Translations under genes and position numbers: made by a program | Assembly: GCA_001600695.1 (NCBI GenBank) | Contig: BCKQ01000011.1 | Location: 287,678 to 351,677 of the forward strand | DNA: 64,000 nt | Direction of reading: 5' to 3' | Source: Ascoidea asiatica JCM 7603 | Taxonomy: Eukaryota; Fungi; Ascomycota | In this document: positions 1-12,960 of the stretch, in pieces | Layout: each line of letters starts with the position of its first letter | Numbering within the stretch: the first letter of the stretch is position 1 | The notes under the pieces: model-generated | Databases searched by the model: none | What the model saw: only the letters and a program-made list of their open reading frames with translations | What the model was told of the DNA's origin: nothing

Positions 1-419
1 GGACCTTTTAAAGCAACTTTATTTTTAAATACACTTTCAATACTTTCTTTTGGTAAAGTTGTTTTACCATTAATTAATAATGGAGTTACATCAACAGGTT
101 CCCAAATAATTGGAACATTTGCAGCTTTATATATTTCTTTTACAGCTTTTGAAATTTCAATACCTATACCATCACCTTCTATTAAAGTTACAGTATATTT
201 ACCATCTGAATTTTTTATACCATCAAATTTTGCAACTGAAGTTGCATAACCTTTTGAATTTGATAATGACATTTTATTAATATTAAATTTATTAAAATTA
301 TTAAAATTATTTAAGTTACTTAAGTTATTTATATTATTTGAATTTAATGAATATTTTGATAAATTATTTAAAAATAAATTATTTCTTGAAGAATTAAATA
401 AAGATTTTGAAAATGACAT
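1..419 (-). CDS. IDH2: NAD-dependent isocitrate dehydrogenase subunit 2, 5' part (runs off the window start)
   Basis: Manual translation from ATG at 419 gives an N/S-rich mitochondrial presequence, then GKYTVTLIEGDGIGIEISKAVKEIYKAANVPIIWEPVDVTPLLINGKTTLPKESIESVFKNKVALKGP, matching the yeast Idh2 N-terminus. Absent from the ORF track because it is truncated. Confidence 0.92.
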   Translation of the reverse strand, partial: MSFSKSLFNSSRNNLFLNNLSKYSLNSNNINNLSNLNNFNNFNKFNINKMSLSNSKGYATSVAKFDGIKNSDGKYTVTLIEGDGIGIEISKAVKEIYKAANVPIIWEPVDVTPLLINGKTTLPKESIESVFKNKVALKG

Positions 420-2744
420 TATGAATATAATTTATATATATTTATTGATAATTGAATATGATAAAAATTTAATAATAATATGATAATTGTATATAATAAT
501 TAGACAAATGATAATAATGTTATGAAATGAAAATAGAAGTCGGATTATGTAATATGATTAAGATTAAGATTGAAGTTGAAGTTGAAGTAGCAATTTAATT
601 GGCTGTTGAAATATAAAAATCTTTATTATTAAAATTGAATTATTCTGGATTTGTTTACTAATAAAATCAATTAAAATTTATATAAACAGAACCCTGGAGT
701 TTTTTGGGAATCGAGTATTTTTTATTTAATGTTTATTCAAATAAAAAATTTTCAAGAGATTTGAATGTTCTTATAAACATTGAATTTATTCAATATTTCT
801 TTCAAACTGAATAGAGTGATTTAAGTGGGTTTCAAATTAAATAAATAAATAATGATTAAGTAAATAAATAAATAAGCTCAATTTCCCCATTTTTTATCCA
901 TTTGATCCATTTAATTCAACTACTTGATTGATTATATTCAGTAAATTCACCAAAAGAAGCTACAAAATTCACTGGACAACTAAATCAAATATCACTCACT
1001 CATTGACTTTAACAGTCTCGGCTCCGCAACCAAAAACACATTGTTTTCCCGGTTGAGTCCCGGTTGTTTGTTTCCCGGGTTTTCCCTTGGCTGAAGACCA
1101 GCAGTTCGATTGAAACGTGACCAGGAGTCCAGATACTCCGAGTCGGGACAAATACAAACCGCAGTGGATCCGTATTTCTGGTTTTTTTGGGTAATAGAGT
1201 CCATATTTGTAGGTTGTCTTTTTTTGATGGGGGCTTAAGGTTGTTTGTCCTAAAAATAGAAATAGAATTCTTGTCTTATGGACTCTGTCCAGTTATTACT
1301 CAACTAATGTCCCTACTTCCCCTGATTTTCTTGGCTTTTGTCCCGAGTCTTTTTCTGCGCAAATCACAAATCTTCACTGCGTCAACAATCAAATTCTATC
1401 AAATTCATCACTCCAAAACCTTATCAAGTTCATAAACAATAAGCTAACCCAAAAGGGTAATTAATCACCTTTAGGATTATACAAAAAAGAAAACTATTAA
1501 AATCAAATATGTTTAATTTATTCAAGCAGAAAAAAAAAAAAAGATATAATATTCAAGATCTTAAAATGTCTGAGATACAAGATTGAATTTTTTTTATCCT
1601 TGTTAACCATTTTAACCATTTTAACCATTTTATCCTTGTTATGAACTAGTCATGATTTTCCAAGTTTTTCCAAGTTTACCAAGTTATCTAAAATATATTT
1701 AAAATATCTTAGATAGCTGTAAAGATAAAAAAACTGACCATTATAAATTCCCACTAGTAAAGAAATAATGTATTAAATTTGATTAAATATGAAAAAAATT
1801 ATCGAAAATGAAAATTTAAATTAATTTTTAATTTATCGGGATTGATATACTTTTTTAAAAGGAGGAAATTCTATGCATTTCAATAACTAAAAAATAACAT
1901 TACGAGAAATATTTTTTTTGGTTTTTTTTTCCTAATATTAAATCATGATCAAAAATTTTAATTTTAATAATACGAAAACTATAAAAGAAAAATTTTTTTT
2001 TTTTTTTTTATTTTTATTTTTTTCAAAATTATTAATTAGAGTAATTGAAAAACTTGGTGGAAGAAAATATAACCCCAGATTAGTTTTTTACTGTATTTTT
2101 TTTTTCATTTAATCGCTCTTAATTAATATATTTGATAATTAATATTTGATAAATTATTTTAAATTTGGAAACATATGAGAATCATGAGACTCATGAGACT
2201 AATGAGATATTAAAATAAAATTATTTTAATTAAAACATCTGAGAATAATTAACTTGAATATAATTTATTAGGGTTAACATTTAGTATTATAATCGGATAT
2301 TGCTTAAGCGGAATGAATTCAAATTAGGAAATAAAATTAAAAAAATTTTTGTTTTATTCATATATATTACATAAGCAACGTAAATATTGTATGAGAATAA
2401 AACAAAAGGTTTAACCTTATTAGAAAGTTAAAATAATTACAGTATCAGATCAGTTATTTTTTAGTTAGATTTATAGATTATTTATTAATTATTTATTAAT
2501 TATTTATTAAGAAAGTAATGAAGATTTGATCATGAATGTTTTTACAAGTCAAAAAAGAAAAGGAAAAAAAAAATAATAGGAAAAACCATTAAAGCAATAA
2601 TATAAAAAAACAAAAATGAAAATAATAATGAAAATGCAAAAAAAAGAAAAAAAAAAAAGAAAAAAAAGAGAGAAGATTAAAAGATAAGAGCGGTTAGATA
2701 TAATATAATATAATTTTGAATAAAAATGAATTTTTTTATTTTGA

Positions 2745-3443
2745 TCAAACAGATATTGAATTTGAAAAAGATTGAACAAATTGTATATTTGATTTCAATT
2801 GAGTTGTGTAGAATAAATCTTCATTATCATTATCATTATCAGTATCAGTATCATTATCAGTAAACGAATCATTATCATTATAATTATCATTATAAGAATT
2901 ATATTCATCAGAATCTGAATCTGAATCTGAATCATTTTCATTAATTTCATTAATTTCTTCAATTATACCACCATTAATATTTCTTGATTGATAATATTTA
3001 TTATTAAATAAATTTGAATTATTTGAATTATTTGAATTATTTGAATTATTAAAATTATTTGAATTGATTGAATTTGTATTTGAATATGGATTTATATTAT
3101 AAGCGGTTTGAAATTCAAAATTTCTTTCAATATTATCATCATCATCATCATCTTCATCTTCATCTTCATTGTCATATTCGAATTCATCATTATCATCTTC
3201 TTCTTCTATATCAGATAAATCATCTTCAATTAATTCTTTAGTTGTTGATGAAGTTTTTATATTATCTATATTATAATTTGATTGAATTGAATTAATTGAA
3301 TGATTTGAATTAAGAAATTTTTCAAATAATAAAGAATGTGCTAAAATTTTTCTTAAATCAATATCATTTTTATTTATTTCTTTATTAAATTTAGATTGAA
3401 TTTTTATTGAAAATTTTTTATTTGGATTATAAATTGAATTCAT
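2745..3443 (-). CDS. ECM13/YJR115W-like protein (short conserved N-terminal helix, acidic D/E/N-rich tail)
   Basis: KIQSKFNKEINKNDIDLRKILAHSLLFE resembles the ECM13-family motif (K.RSKL..EA...D.DLR.LVGHANLLD). The rest is acidic low complexity. Confidence 0.6.
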   Translation of the reverse strand: MNSIYNPNKKFSIKIQSKFNKEINKNDIDLRKILAHSLLFEKFLNSNHSINSIQSNYNIDNIKTSSTTKELIEDDLSDIEEEDDNDEFEYDNEDEDEDDDDDDNIERNFEFQTAYNINPYSNTNSINSNNFNNSNNSNNSNNSNLFNNKYYQSRNINGGIIEEINEINENDSDSDSDSDEYNSYNDNYNDNDSFTDNDTDTDNDNDNEDLFYTTQLKSNIQFVQSFSNSISV

Positions 3444-4403
3444 TTTTAATAATTGTATTTGTAATTGGAATTGTAATTAGGATTGTGAAAGTATAATATA
3501 AGTGTAAGATATAATTATATAAAAGTGAATTTATTTGAATAAAGAATAATATAAAAACATTAAAAAAATGGAAGAATTTTAGATATATTTATAATAAAAT
3601 AAAAGAAAATAATAATTTGGTTCACTTGTATTTTTGGAAATTACCTTAAAGTGAATTAGTGAATTAGTGAATTAGTGAATAAAAGAACATACCGAAGCAA
3701 TGAGATCAAATGTTAAAAAAAGACCAAAAATAAAAAGAATTACAAAAAGTTAACCGTAGTTAAGCAATGAATTGTAGTGAAAGTATTAAGATTAAACAAT
3801 AATAAATTCATATGTTTAAGGTTACTAAGCAATAAAGGACCATTTTGCTAACATTTTGTTAGTATTTTGTAAGTATTTTGTAAGTATTTTGTTAGTAATG
3901 ATCATGAAATAAGTGTAAAAATAAAATATATAATAAATATTTGTAACTTTTCAGTGTCTTAGATTCAATTCCATTCAATTCCATTCAATTCCTTCCAATT
4001 CCGATGGTCAGAATCAACTCCCTCCCAAGGTTGTCGGCAGTGTCTGGACTCCAGCGAGGGCCACTGAGATTCTTCTCTTCTTTTCTCTCTTCTTTTCTCT
4101 CTTCTTTTCTCTCTTCTCTCGCACCGTGTTCAGGTTTTCCTCCTCCGCCGAGAGAAAAAAAAGGGCCTTAAAATTTAAATTAACCCTGGGCGGAAGAAGG
4201 ATTTGTGTTCCGGGAAATCACCGCCACCCGAGCGACCAGCGCCTTCCTTCCCGCGCGCAGAACCTGCTCCTTTCTATTGTTGTTTCGCGGTGATTTCATC
4301 GCATGAGTCACTGTTTCTTCTCTGGGCATGGGCATGGTTTCAGTTGCGCGCAATTATAATCATAGTCACTATTACGTATTTTCATCATACTCCAGATTTC
4401 ATT

Positions 4404-4451
4404 ATTTAGCGCAACATTTAGCGCAACATTTAGCGCTACATTTAGCGCGAT
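4404..4451. repeat. 12-bp tandem repeat ATTTAGCGC(A/T/G)A(C/T) x4
   Basis: atttagcgcaac atttagcgcaac atttagcgctac atttagcgcgat read directly. Confidence 0.9.
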
Positions 4452-5306
4452 ACTTTCTTAAAACAAATTTCATCTTTGTGGTTGGTTTGTTTCAATCACA
4501 AAAACAAAATTTCAACAGAATTTCAACAGAATTTCAACAAGAAAATAAAAAAAAGTGGTCTCACTAGCCACTCACACCGCTATCGACCTATTCTGGCCAG
4601 TGGCTCCATTTTCGCAGTGCGAATCCACTCGTATTTTTTATTGTAAGGTGCTTTAAACCTTTGCTCTGATCAGAATCAAATCCACAAAATTGCAAATGAA
4701 TTCAATTGAAACAATTATTTGACACAAATTCAATTTCATTGAATTCAATTCAATTTCATTGAATTCAATTCAATTCAATTCATGCTCTAAAGTAAAATAG
4801 AATTATCACCTTTTCTTCTTTCACTATGTAAATTACACTGACAAAAATTTGTTCTTGAATATCGGATTGCAATTCCTATGGGGGGTTACAATTACAAAAT
4901 TATTCTTTTTTTACAACCCTGCATCAATTGTTCATATTATCATTAATACTTGTATAAGCATAGCTATATAATAATAACCTTATATTAATATTTATGATAA
5001 AAACCAAATAAATCTTTATAAGTTTTTTTTTTTTTTTTTTTTTTTTCATATATTCCATTTCCAGTTAAGTGTACAAAACTACGTAATTTTTTCTCAGCCG
5101 TACTTCACGTTATTAGTCAGGTTACCCCTTTGTTGATTAACAATAAAGTGGTATGGTATGGTTTTTAATATTAGTACTACATAATCGAGAATATTCTTTA
5201 ATTTTACATAAATAATTTTATACAATATTAGTACAGGAGTAGAATAGTATTATAAAAGATAAGATAAGATAAGATAAGATAAGATAAGATATATGATAAG
5301 ATTATC

Positions 5307-6368
5307 TTAATATTGTCTTTTTGTTAATAATGTCACTCCACCATCAAATGTTGAATATATAAATGTTGATTGTTTTGGATGAAATCTAATAATTGGATAA
5401 CAATATTTACCAAAATAATTTTTTTCAATTTTAAAAGTTTCTTTACTTTCATCAATATGAAAAATTCTACCACATTCATTACCACCAAATGTTGCTGCAC
5501 AATATGATCCTTCTCTTGAAATATCAATTCTCATTACTGGTTCATCTATAAATGATAATGTTTTTATACAACATAATGTTTTCATTGACCAAAATGATAT
5601 AATTCCTTCATTACCACCTGTTACAAGATATCTACCTTTTGTATCAAATGCAATACAATTAACTGTTGATAAATGTCCTTCAAAATTAAATATTAATTTT
5701 AATTCAATTTCTTCTTTATCTTTTTTATCTTCATTATTTTCATTATCTTCATTATTTATAAATTCATACATTGGTATTGATCCATCAATACATCCAAATA
5801 TAATTGCATTTGAAGAATTTGTCCATGTCATATCATATGGTTTATTATTTAATTTCATTTTCTTAATAATTTTATAACCTTGATTAACTTTTAAAATATT
5901 TAAAAAAAATTCATTATTTTCTGTAATTTCATTAAATTTCTTACTTATTACATTAACAAAATTTCCATCATTTGAATATTTAATTAAATAACAATTTCCA
6001 TCAATTTCAATTTTTGTTAAACATTTACCATTTTTACAATTCCAAATTTTAACAAATTTATCTTTACCAACTGAAATTAATGTTGAATCATTATATGGAT
6101 GCCAAGATAATTCAATTGCATATTTTTCATGAACATCTTCAATAATTATTGGTTGAATAATTGTTTGATTATAATGATTTCGAAATTCTCTAATAATTAT
6201 ACAATTATTAAATCTTGAAATTGCAACTCTTGTACCACTTGGATTCCATTGAATATCTGTAACTTCTTTAGAAATATTTGTTTTATTAATTTCACTTTTA
6301 TCTCTTAATAATTGTGCATTTAATGAATTAAAATAAAAAATTGAAGAATTTACTGGATCTTCTGACAT
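5307..6368 (-). CDS. TEX1: WD40 protein, probable TREX/THO subunit Tex1 (THOC3)
   Basis: WD repeats (VTDIQWNPSGTRVA, ELSWHP..DKFVKIWN, FEGHLSTVNCIAFDTKGRYLVTGGNEGIISFW); size and repeat pattern fit THOC3/Tex1. Confidence 0.72.
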   Translation of the reverse strand: MSEDPVNSSIFYFNSLNAQLLRDKSEINKTNISKEVTDIQWNPSGTRVAISRFNNCIIIREFRNHYNQTIIQPIIIEDVHEKYAIELSWHPYNDSTLISVGKDKFVKIWNCKNGKCLTKIEIDGNCYLIKYSNDGNFVNVISKKFNEITENNEFFLNILKVNQGYKIIKKMKLNNKPYDMTWTNSSNAIIFGCIDGSIPMYEFINNEDNENNEDKKDKEEIELKLIFNFEGHLSTVNCIAFDTKGRYLVTGGNEGIISFWSMKTLCCIKTLSFIDEPVMRIDISREGSYCAATFGGNECGRIFHIDESKETFKIEKNYFGKYCYPIIRFHPKQSTFIYSTFDGGVTLLTKRQY

Positions 6369-6947
6369 TTTAATATAATTAAATATTCTATATAGTATAT
6401 TAGAAACAATTAATTAAATTAACTTTTACCGTTATTAAATTTATTCAGTTTGATCAAATACCAATAATTATTTTAAATATAAAATAAAACAAAAAAGAAA
6501 TTTAAAAATAAAAGTCACGTGTTTTATATATCCTTAATATCCTTAATAAAAAAAGTTAAGTTAATATTTAATTATTAAAATTTTTAATTTAAAAGTAAAG
6601 GCAGAATTAACATGATTGTGTATTAAATTTACAGTCAAAGAACTAAAAAAAAATGAATTGTTAAATAATATAAAAAAAATATAAACATAAATAGATTAGA
6701 AAATTAAATTGACGTCACTGTATTAAAAAAATGAGAATATAAATAAGGAAAGTAATAAAAAAAAATTAAAAAAAAGGAAAATTATAAATTAACATTAACA
6801 CAACAAAAGAATTAAAACTATTAATATCCATAAAAAATTTTCAAAGTTAGATAAAATCTTAAATTTTAAATTTTTTAGTAATTTTTTTTTTGCAAAAAAA
6901 AAAAAGGGAGAAAAAAAAATGAAGTTTAATGAAAATTCAAAACTTAT

Positions 6948-9938
6948 TTAATCATCATCCATATCATAATCTTCATCTTCTTCAACTCTTCTTAAAGGAG
7001 CTTCAACTTGTTCAACTTTTGCTTCAACTTTTTTTTCTGCAGGAACTGGTTCTGATGAACTAGTTTTAGCTTTAACAGCTGGTGAATTTTGTTTACTTTC
7101 TTTAGATTTCTCATTTTCTTTTTTTTTAGATTCTTGAACTGGTGCAGGTTTTATAACTGGACTTTCATTACTTTTATTTGAACCATTACTTGAACTTCTA
7201 TTACTTTCAGTTTTCTCTGATTTTGATGATTTTTCAGTTGAATTAGAAGAAGTAGGTGTTGCTGCTTTTTTTTCTTTTGGTTTTATTGAAATTGGTCTTG
7301 AATTTGATTTTTCTTTACTTTCTTTTTTTTCTGTTGTCATTGTAGTTGATGTTGATAATGGACTACCAACAGAAGGTGAATTTGTATTTGAAAGTAATGA
7401 AGATAATTTATTATCTTTTTTTGAAGAACTTCCATTATTACTTGAATCTTTATCCTTTTTATCATTTTTTCTTGAAGAAGTATTATGTTTTTTAACATGA
7501 GGACTTCTACCAGAACGTTTACTACTATTTGATGATTTAGATGATTGATTTTGAGGAGTTGGAGATTTTTTATTATTTGAAGATCTTCTACCAGATTTTT
7601 TTTTAGCTTTTGGTTCTTTAACTTCATCTAATTCTCTCTTCAAAGGTATAATAGTATCAGTTTCTGGAGTTACAATATGAGTTTGAAGAGGAATTGGTAT
7701 TTGAGTTGGTTGTTGAGGATGTTGAACAGTATGAGATTGAACAGTTTGTACAACTTGAGTTGCTGTTTGTTGATGTTTTTGTTGTTGTGATGATGGCGGT
7801 GGTACTGATGGTTGTGTTTGTGGTTGGGGTTGTGATACAGGTAATACTTGAACTGGATGTTGAGGTTGTTGAGGTTGTATTTGAGTTTGAATTTGAGATT
7901 GAATTTGAGGTTGTTGTTGAATTTCAATTCTTTGATTTTCATGTGATGATCTTATAGGATCATAATTTTGAATTGATAATTGAGGTTGCTGTGGTTGAGA
8001 TTGAGATTGAGATTGAGGAAATTGTTGCAGAGAAAGTGATGGAGGAGGAAGTTGAGTTTCTGGAGCTGGATGATAACGATTTCTAACTTGTTGTTGTTCA
8101 TTTTGAGCCAATTGTTGTAAAGAATTACCAGGAATATTATGTTGAGATTGTTGTTGAGGAATAATTGAAGCTAATCTAATTTGTTGTGAAGATTGTTCTT
8201 GTTTTGGTAATTGTTGAGATCTATCTAAACCAACACCAGGTTGAAATTGTCTTAAATTTGTAAAATTTTGTGAAGGATTTTGTGGTGAAGAACCATTTAA
8301 AGGAATTGCAGAAAAATTATTCATACCATTATTTGCAATATTTAAACTTGCAGCAGAATCTTCTTGACTTGGTAACATTGTTAATGGTAAAGTTGGTTTT
8401 TGAGTTGGTGGAGGTAAAGAATTATTAACATTTGAAACACCACCTCTTTCTTGAAATTGATTTAATTCATCTAATCTTCTTTTAATATGAGGATTTGTTG
8501 GATCTAAATCTAAAGCATGTTTATAAGCATCTAAAGCATCAGAAATTTGATTATTACAAGTTTCATATAAAGTACCTAAATCATACCAAACTTCAGATAT
8601 ATATGGATTTAATCTTATAGCTCTTGTATAAGCATCTAAAGCATCTCTAAATTGAGACATTTGATAATAAAGTACACCAATTGAACACCAAAAAGTTGGA
8701 TTTCTTGAATCATAATTTACAGCTCTTTGAAAAGCATTATAAGCTTCATTATATTCAAAATTAATCATATAAACTCTACCAATATGATACCAAGTATGAG
8801 GATCAGTTTCATCAATTTTTAAAGATTCATTTAAAAATTCTAAAGCTTTACGAAAATCTTTAAATTCAGCAGTTGGTTGAGAATATAAACAACCTAATTG
8901 TTGTAAAACTTTTGAATGATTTGGATTAACAGCTAAAACTCTTTCATAAGCATCTTTTGCACCAGTAAAATCTCTTTGTTGTTCTAAAACAGCACCAATT
9001 TGAAACCAAACATCAGGTTGAGTTAATGGAGATGGTGGATTTGTTAAAATATATTTAAAACAATTTAAAGCATCAGTAAATTTATTTTGATTTTTATAAA
9101 TAATACCTAATCTAAAATAAATTTCACTTGCTTTTTCAAAATTTTTATCTAAATCAAGAACTCTAACAAAAGCTTCTTCAGCATATTCAAAAGAACCATA
9201 TCTATCATATAAAATTCCAATACCATGCCATAATTTAGGTACATTTGGATTATTTAAATGATATAAAGCTTGTTGATAAGCAGAATAAGCATTTTGTAAT
9301 TCATCTAACATTAAATAACAATGACCTAATAAACCCCAAACATTACCATTTTTTGGATCAAGACTTAAAGCTTTTTGATATAATTCAGCAGCTCTTGGAA
9401 ATAAATCTCTTGATCTTAATAAACTTGCTAAAGCAATTAAAGCTTTTGAATTATTTGGAGATAAAGTTAAAATTCGATCATAAGCATAAGTTGCTTTTTG
9501 ATCATCATTTAAAGTTTCAGCTAATGAACCAATAGCTAACCAAGTTTCTATAGTTATATTCATTGGATCAGTATTTATTGAAATAATTTCATTTGAATTT
9601 GAAATTAAATTATTTTCATTTTGATCATTTAATTGAATTTGATTAATATTATTATTAATATTATTATTATTATTATTATTATTACCATTTAATAATATTC
9701 CATTACCATTTGATAAATTTCCATTACCATTAGTTATATTACCATTAGTATTATTATTATTATTATTATTATTATTGATTGAATGAAGATTTGATAATTG
9801 ATTAATTTGTAAATTATTTTGATTTTGTTGAGATTGAGATTGAGATTGAGATTGTGGTTGAGGTTGTAATTGTTGTTGAGTTGAATAAGAATTTAAAGTA
9901 GACAAATTTGTCCTATTTAAACCATTTGGAACTGACAT
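6948..9938 (-). CDS. CYC8: General transcriptional corepressor Cyc8/Ssn6 (TPR repeats)
   Basis: TPR array with LWHGIGILYDRYGS, EIYFRLGIIYK, DVWFQIG, NPTFWCSIGVLYYQ, LNPYISEVWYDLGTLYETCNNQISDALDAY; Q-rich and S/K-rich tail ending RRVEEDEDYD. Confidence 0.97.
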   Translation of the reverse strand: MSVPNGLNRTNLSTLNSYSTQQQLQPQPQSQSQSQSQQNQNNLQINQLSNLHSINNNNNNNNNTNGNITNGNGNLSNGNGILLNGNNNNNNNNINNNINQIQLNDQNENNLISNSNEIISINTDPMNITIETWLAIGSLAETLNDDQKATYAYDRILTLSPNNSKALIALASLLRSRDLFPRAAELYQKALSLDPKNGNVWGLLGHCYLMLDELQNAYSAYQQALYHLNNPNVPKLWHGIGILYDRYGSFEYAEEAFVRVLDLDKNFEKASEIYFRLGIIYKNQNKFTDALNCFKYILTNPPSPLTQPDVWFQIGAVLEQQRDFTGAKDAYERVLAVNPNHSKVLQQLGCLYSQPTAEFKDFRKALEFLNESLKIDETDPHTWYHIGRVYMINFEYNEAYNAFQRAVNYDSRNPTFWCSIGVLYYQMSQFRDALDAYTRAIRLNPYISEVWYDLGTLYETCNNQISDALDAYKHALDLDPTNPHIKRRLDELNQFQERGGVSNVNNSLPPPTQKPTLPLTMLPSQEDSAASLNIANNGMNNFSAIPLNGSSPQNPSQNFTNLRQFQPGVGLDRSQQLPKQEQSSQQIRLASIIPQQQSQHNIPGNSLQQLAQNEQQQVRNRYHPAPETQLPPPSLSLQQFPQSQSQSQPQQPQLSIQNYDPIRSSHENQRIEIQQQPQIQSQIQTQIQPQQPQHPVQVLPVSQPQPQTQPSVPPPSSQQQKHQQTATQVVQTVQSHTVQHPQQPTQIPIPLQTHIVTPETDTIIPLKRELDEVKEPKAKKKSGRRSSNNKKSPTPQNQSSKSSNSSKRSGRSPHVKKHNTSSRKNDKKDKDSSNNGSSSKKDNKLSSLLSNTNSPSVGSPLSTSTTMTTEKKESKEKSNSRPISIKPKEKKAATPTSSNSTEKSSKSEKTESNRSSSNGSNKSNESPVIKPAPVQESKKKENEKSKESKQNSPAVKAKTSSSEPVPAEKKVEAKVEQVEAPLRRVEEDEDYDMDDD

Positions 9939-12052
9939 TATTATTGTAATATATTATAAGTGAATATCATATAAAATAGATTACATATATATATATATAT
10001 ATATATAAATATTTATATTGAATGTATATGATATAATATTGTATAATATTGTATAATATTGTATATGAGGTATATAATAAAAAGAAATAAAAGGAAAGTA
10101 AATAAGTAGTTAGTTAATAAATAATTAAAGAGCAAATAAATTTATTAAATTAAAATTAAATTAAAAATTAAATTAAAAATAAAGTAAAATTAGAGTAAAA
10201 TTAGAGTAAGAGTAAAAGCAAAAGTAAAAAATAAATTAAAAAAAAGGGAAATATAAGTTGTATTTATATTAAATATAAATTAAGTAAAATAACGTTATAT
10301 AAAATCATGAAATTTTAAAGAAACAAATTGATAAGAAAATAAGAAATTTGTTTTAAAGATTTTTAAAAGTAGCAATAATGAATTAATATATTATTAATGT
10401 TATTAATATTATTATTATGATTATTTTGAAATTAAGGAAGGATGAAAAAATTGGAAATTGAAATAAGAAATAAGAAATTTAAATCCAGAAAAGTATTGTG
10501 GAAAAAGTAAGATTTGAAGTTAGTGCGGATACGTAGTTGATAATAATGTTGATAATAATGTTATGTTTAATGTTATTATTAGTAATTTATGCTTTTAGTA
10601 CTCTTTAAAAGGTTTAAAGGTTTAAAATGTTTTAAAGGTTTTAAACTGTTGACAAATTAAAATTAAACTGAAATTAAATTGAATTAAATTGAATTAAATT
10701 GGGAGTGAGACTAAAATTGTTTAAAATAAGATTTTTGGGGGAATCTTAGAAATTGACAAAGCACTGGAACAAAAACAGGAGAAGTACCGGGAATTGTTCT
10801 CTCGTACCGGTATCCTCATAGTTAACAATGAGTATATTAGTAAGTTGTTACATAATCAACCACTTTAAATGAGGAGTTTTGGGAACAAGACTTGACAAGA
10901 ACGTATATCAGTGGGTAAGTGAACTTGAATGCAGCAAAGAGCGGAATGGTTTTGGTGCTTTGGAAAGCGGCAGTCGGGTGTAGATCGGTGTGGATCGGTG
11001 TGCACAGATGTTCCCTGCGGTGTGAGTCTTAGCAACACCAGCTTCAGTAACGCTAACTGGAAAAAAGATTACTTCCCAGGAACCAAATTATGATACCATT
11101 GGAGTAAAAATGAAGATCAATAAATCATTGAATTTAACTAACAAGTATTGAAACTTGGATTACGTAGTATAATCACTATTTGGAGGGTGGTACATTTGGT
11201 TAATTAATTGTCTACACCACCGCAGTCACTGATTCATATTCATATTCATATTCATATTCATATTCAAATTCAAATTCAAATTCTGATTCAGACACAGGTT
11301 CAAATGGGAAACTGCCTGAATTACATATTAATTATAAATTATAAATTAATTACAAATTACAAATTAATTACTTTTTAAATTACAAAGAACTAATTACAAA
11401 GTGTTAATTACAAAGTGAACAGCGAAATTTAAAATTGAATTTAAACACCGACTGAAATATGTACGAGATTCGTACTACAAGCAAAAAAGAGTCGTTTCAC
11501 CCGTTTGCAAAGTCGAAAAAGATGTAAAAGATGTAAAAGATGTAAAAGATGCAAATTTTGAGGAAGAAATAAGACTGAAGACTAAAAAGGGACAAGAAGA
11601 AAAAGAATAAGAAGAAGAAGAATCCAAATAAAAGTGGTTGAACCACAAAAAGAAAAACAAGTTTGTAGCAAGTACTGAATTCTCATTCCATACTTTTCTG
11701 TGGTATTTGTAGTTGTAGTTGAGATAACAAGGAAGGAGAGAAAGGTCTGAAAGGTTGAGTGCAATGTTTAATTGAATAAGTGAATAATTATAAAATTAAA
11801 CAATAAAACACCACAGGTACACTCTCTCACTCTCACTCTCACTCTTTTTTCTTACTGTCTGAGGTATATTCAGCCTGATTGACCCTCCGAGAAATTAGAA
11901 ATTATCTTTCTTTCTTCATTTTTTAAAACTAAACAATCTTGACAACTCACACAACGCTGCTGTCAGCTTTCATTTCAATCCCAGCCACTAAAATCGTTTC
12001 AATTATTAACAAAAAGACAGATTATTACTGTATTATTTCATTTCAATTATAT

Positions 12053-12085
<33 letters not shown>

Positions 12086-12920
12086 ATTAGAAATACTTTT
12101 TATAAATACTTTTTATAATATAATATGATATAGTATTTAATATATCATATTATAACAGTTACCATACTTTTATTATATTTATATTTATATTTATATTCAT
12201 ATTTATATTCATATTTATAATACCCTATTACATACTGTATTCGCATACAATTTGTAATCCCGTAAACCAAGTAAACTAAGTAAAACAAGTAAAACAAGCA
12301 AAACAAGCAAAAGAACCTAACCAGATCCGAGTTTTTTCATTTGTCTCTTTCGGCCGTTGTTACCATATTATTGATTTTGCTAATTATATTAATTATATTA
12401 TTATTAGTTACATTAATTATATTATTATTTTACAACAATCATAACGTCACTCAGAAGTTCGCCATGATGGCCCAGACGCCACCAGTTGCTTTACAAAAAC
12501 AAGCCACGTGACTCTCCACCTAGAGGGGCTTCTATTGATAATGTCAACTTGTGCTTCCGCGTCTGTTCCCGCAGTTTGAAAATACGTAACTTCAAAGGGC
12601 TGACTTGCTGCGGTCTAGCCACTGAAAAAGAACACTAAACCAATCCAACACTTAGCCTCCTATACTTAGACACATTCAATTTATATTATCTTGGTATTAT
12701 AATAAAAGACTTCTCCTTCTTTTTTCTTCTTCCTCATCTTCTTTTCTTCTTTGTGTTCAATGATTCCTCTTCTACCCTTTAAACTTCTCCACTTTTGATC
12801 CTCAATAATCACTATCACTACACTATTACTATTAATATTGTACAGCGTTAAACGCGTTCCACCAAACATTATCAATTTCTATTATCCCGGGCAAATTTGG
12901 ATTAAATTTATTTTAAAATC

Positions 12921-12960
12921 TATTAGAATCTATTAGAATCTATTAGAATCTATTAGAATC
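12921..12960. repeat. 10-bp tandem repeat TATTAGAATC x4
   Basis: Four exact copies read directly. Confidence 0.95.

Noticed and set aside
1090-1125. GTTCGA suggesting a tRNA T-loop or B-box
   Set aside because: No cloverleaf stems or A-box around it.
992-4567. Short ORFs at 992, 1187, 2549, 4203 and 4328
   Set aside because: They lie in promoter islands or poly-A/T tracts, several have non-ATG starts, and none shows protein features.
4404-12960. Short direct-repeat arrays considered as CRISPR-like or telomeric
   Set aside because: They are head-to-tail without spacers, each has a different unit, and they match the genome-wide slippage pattern.
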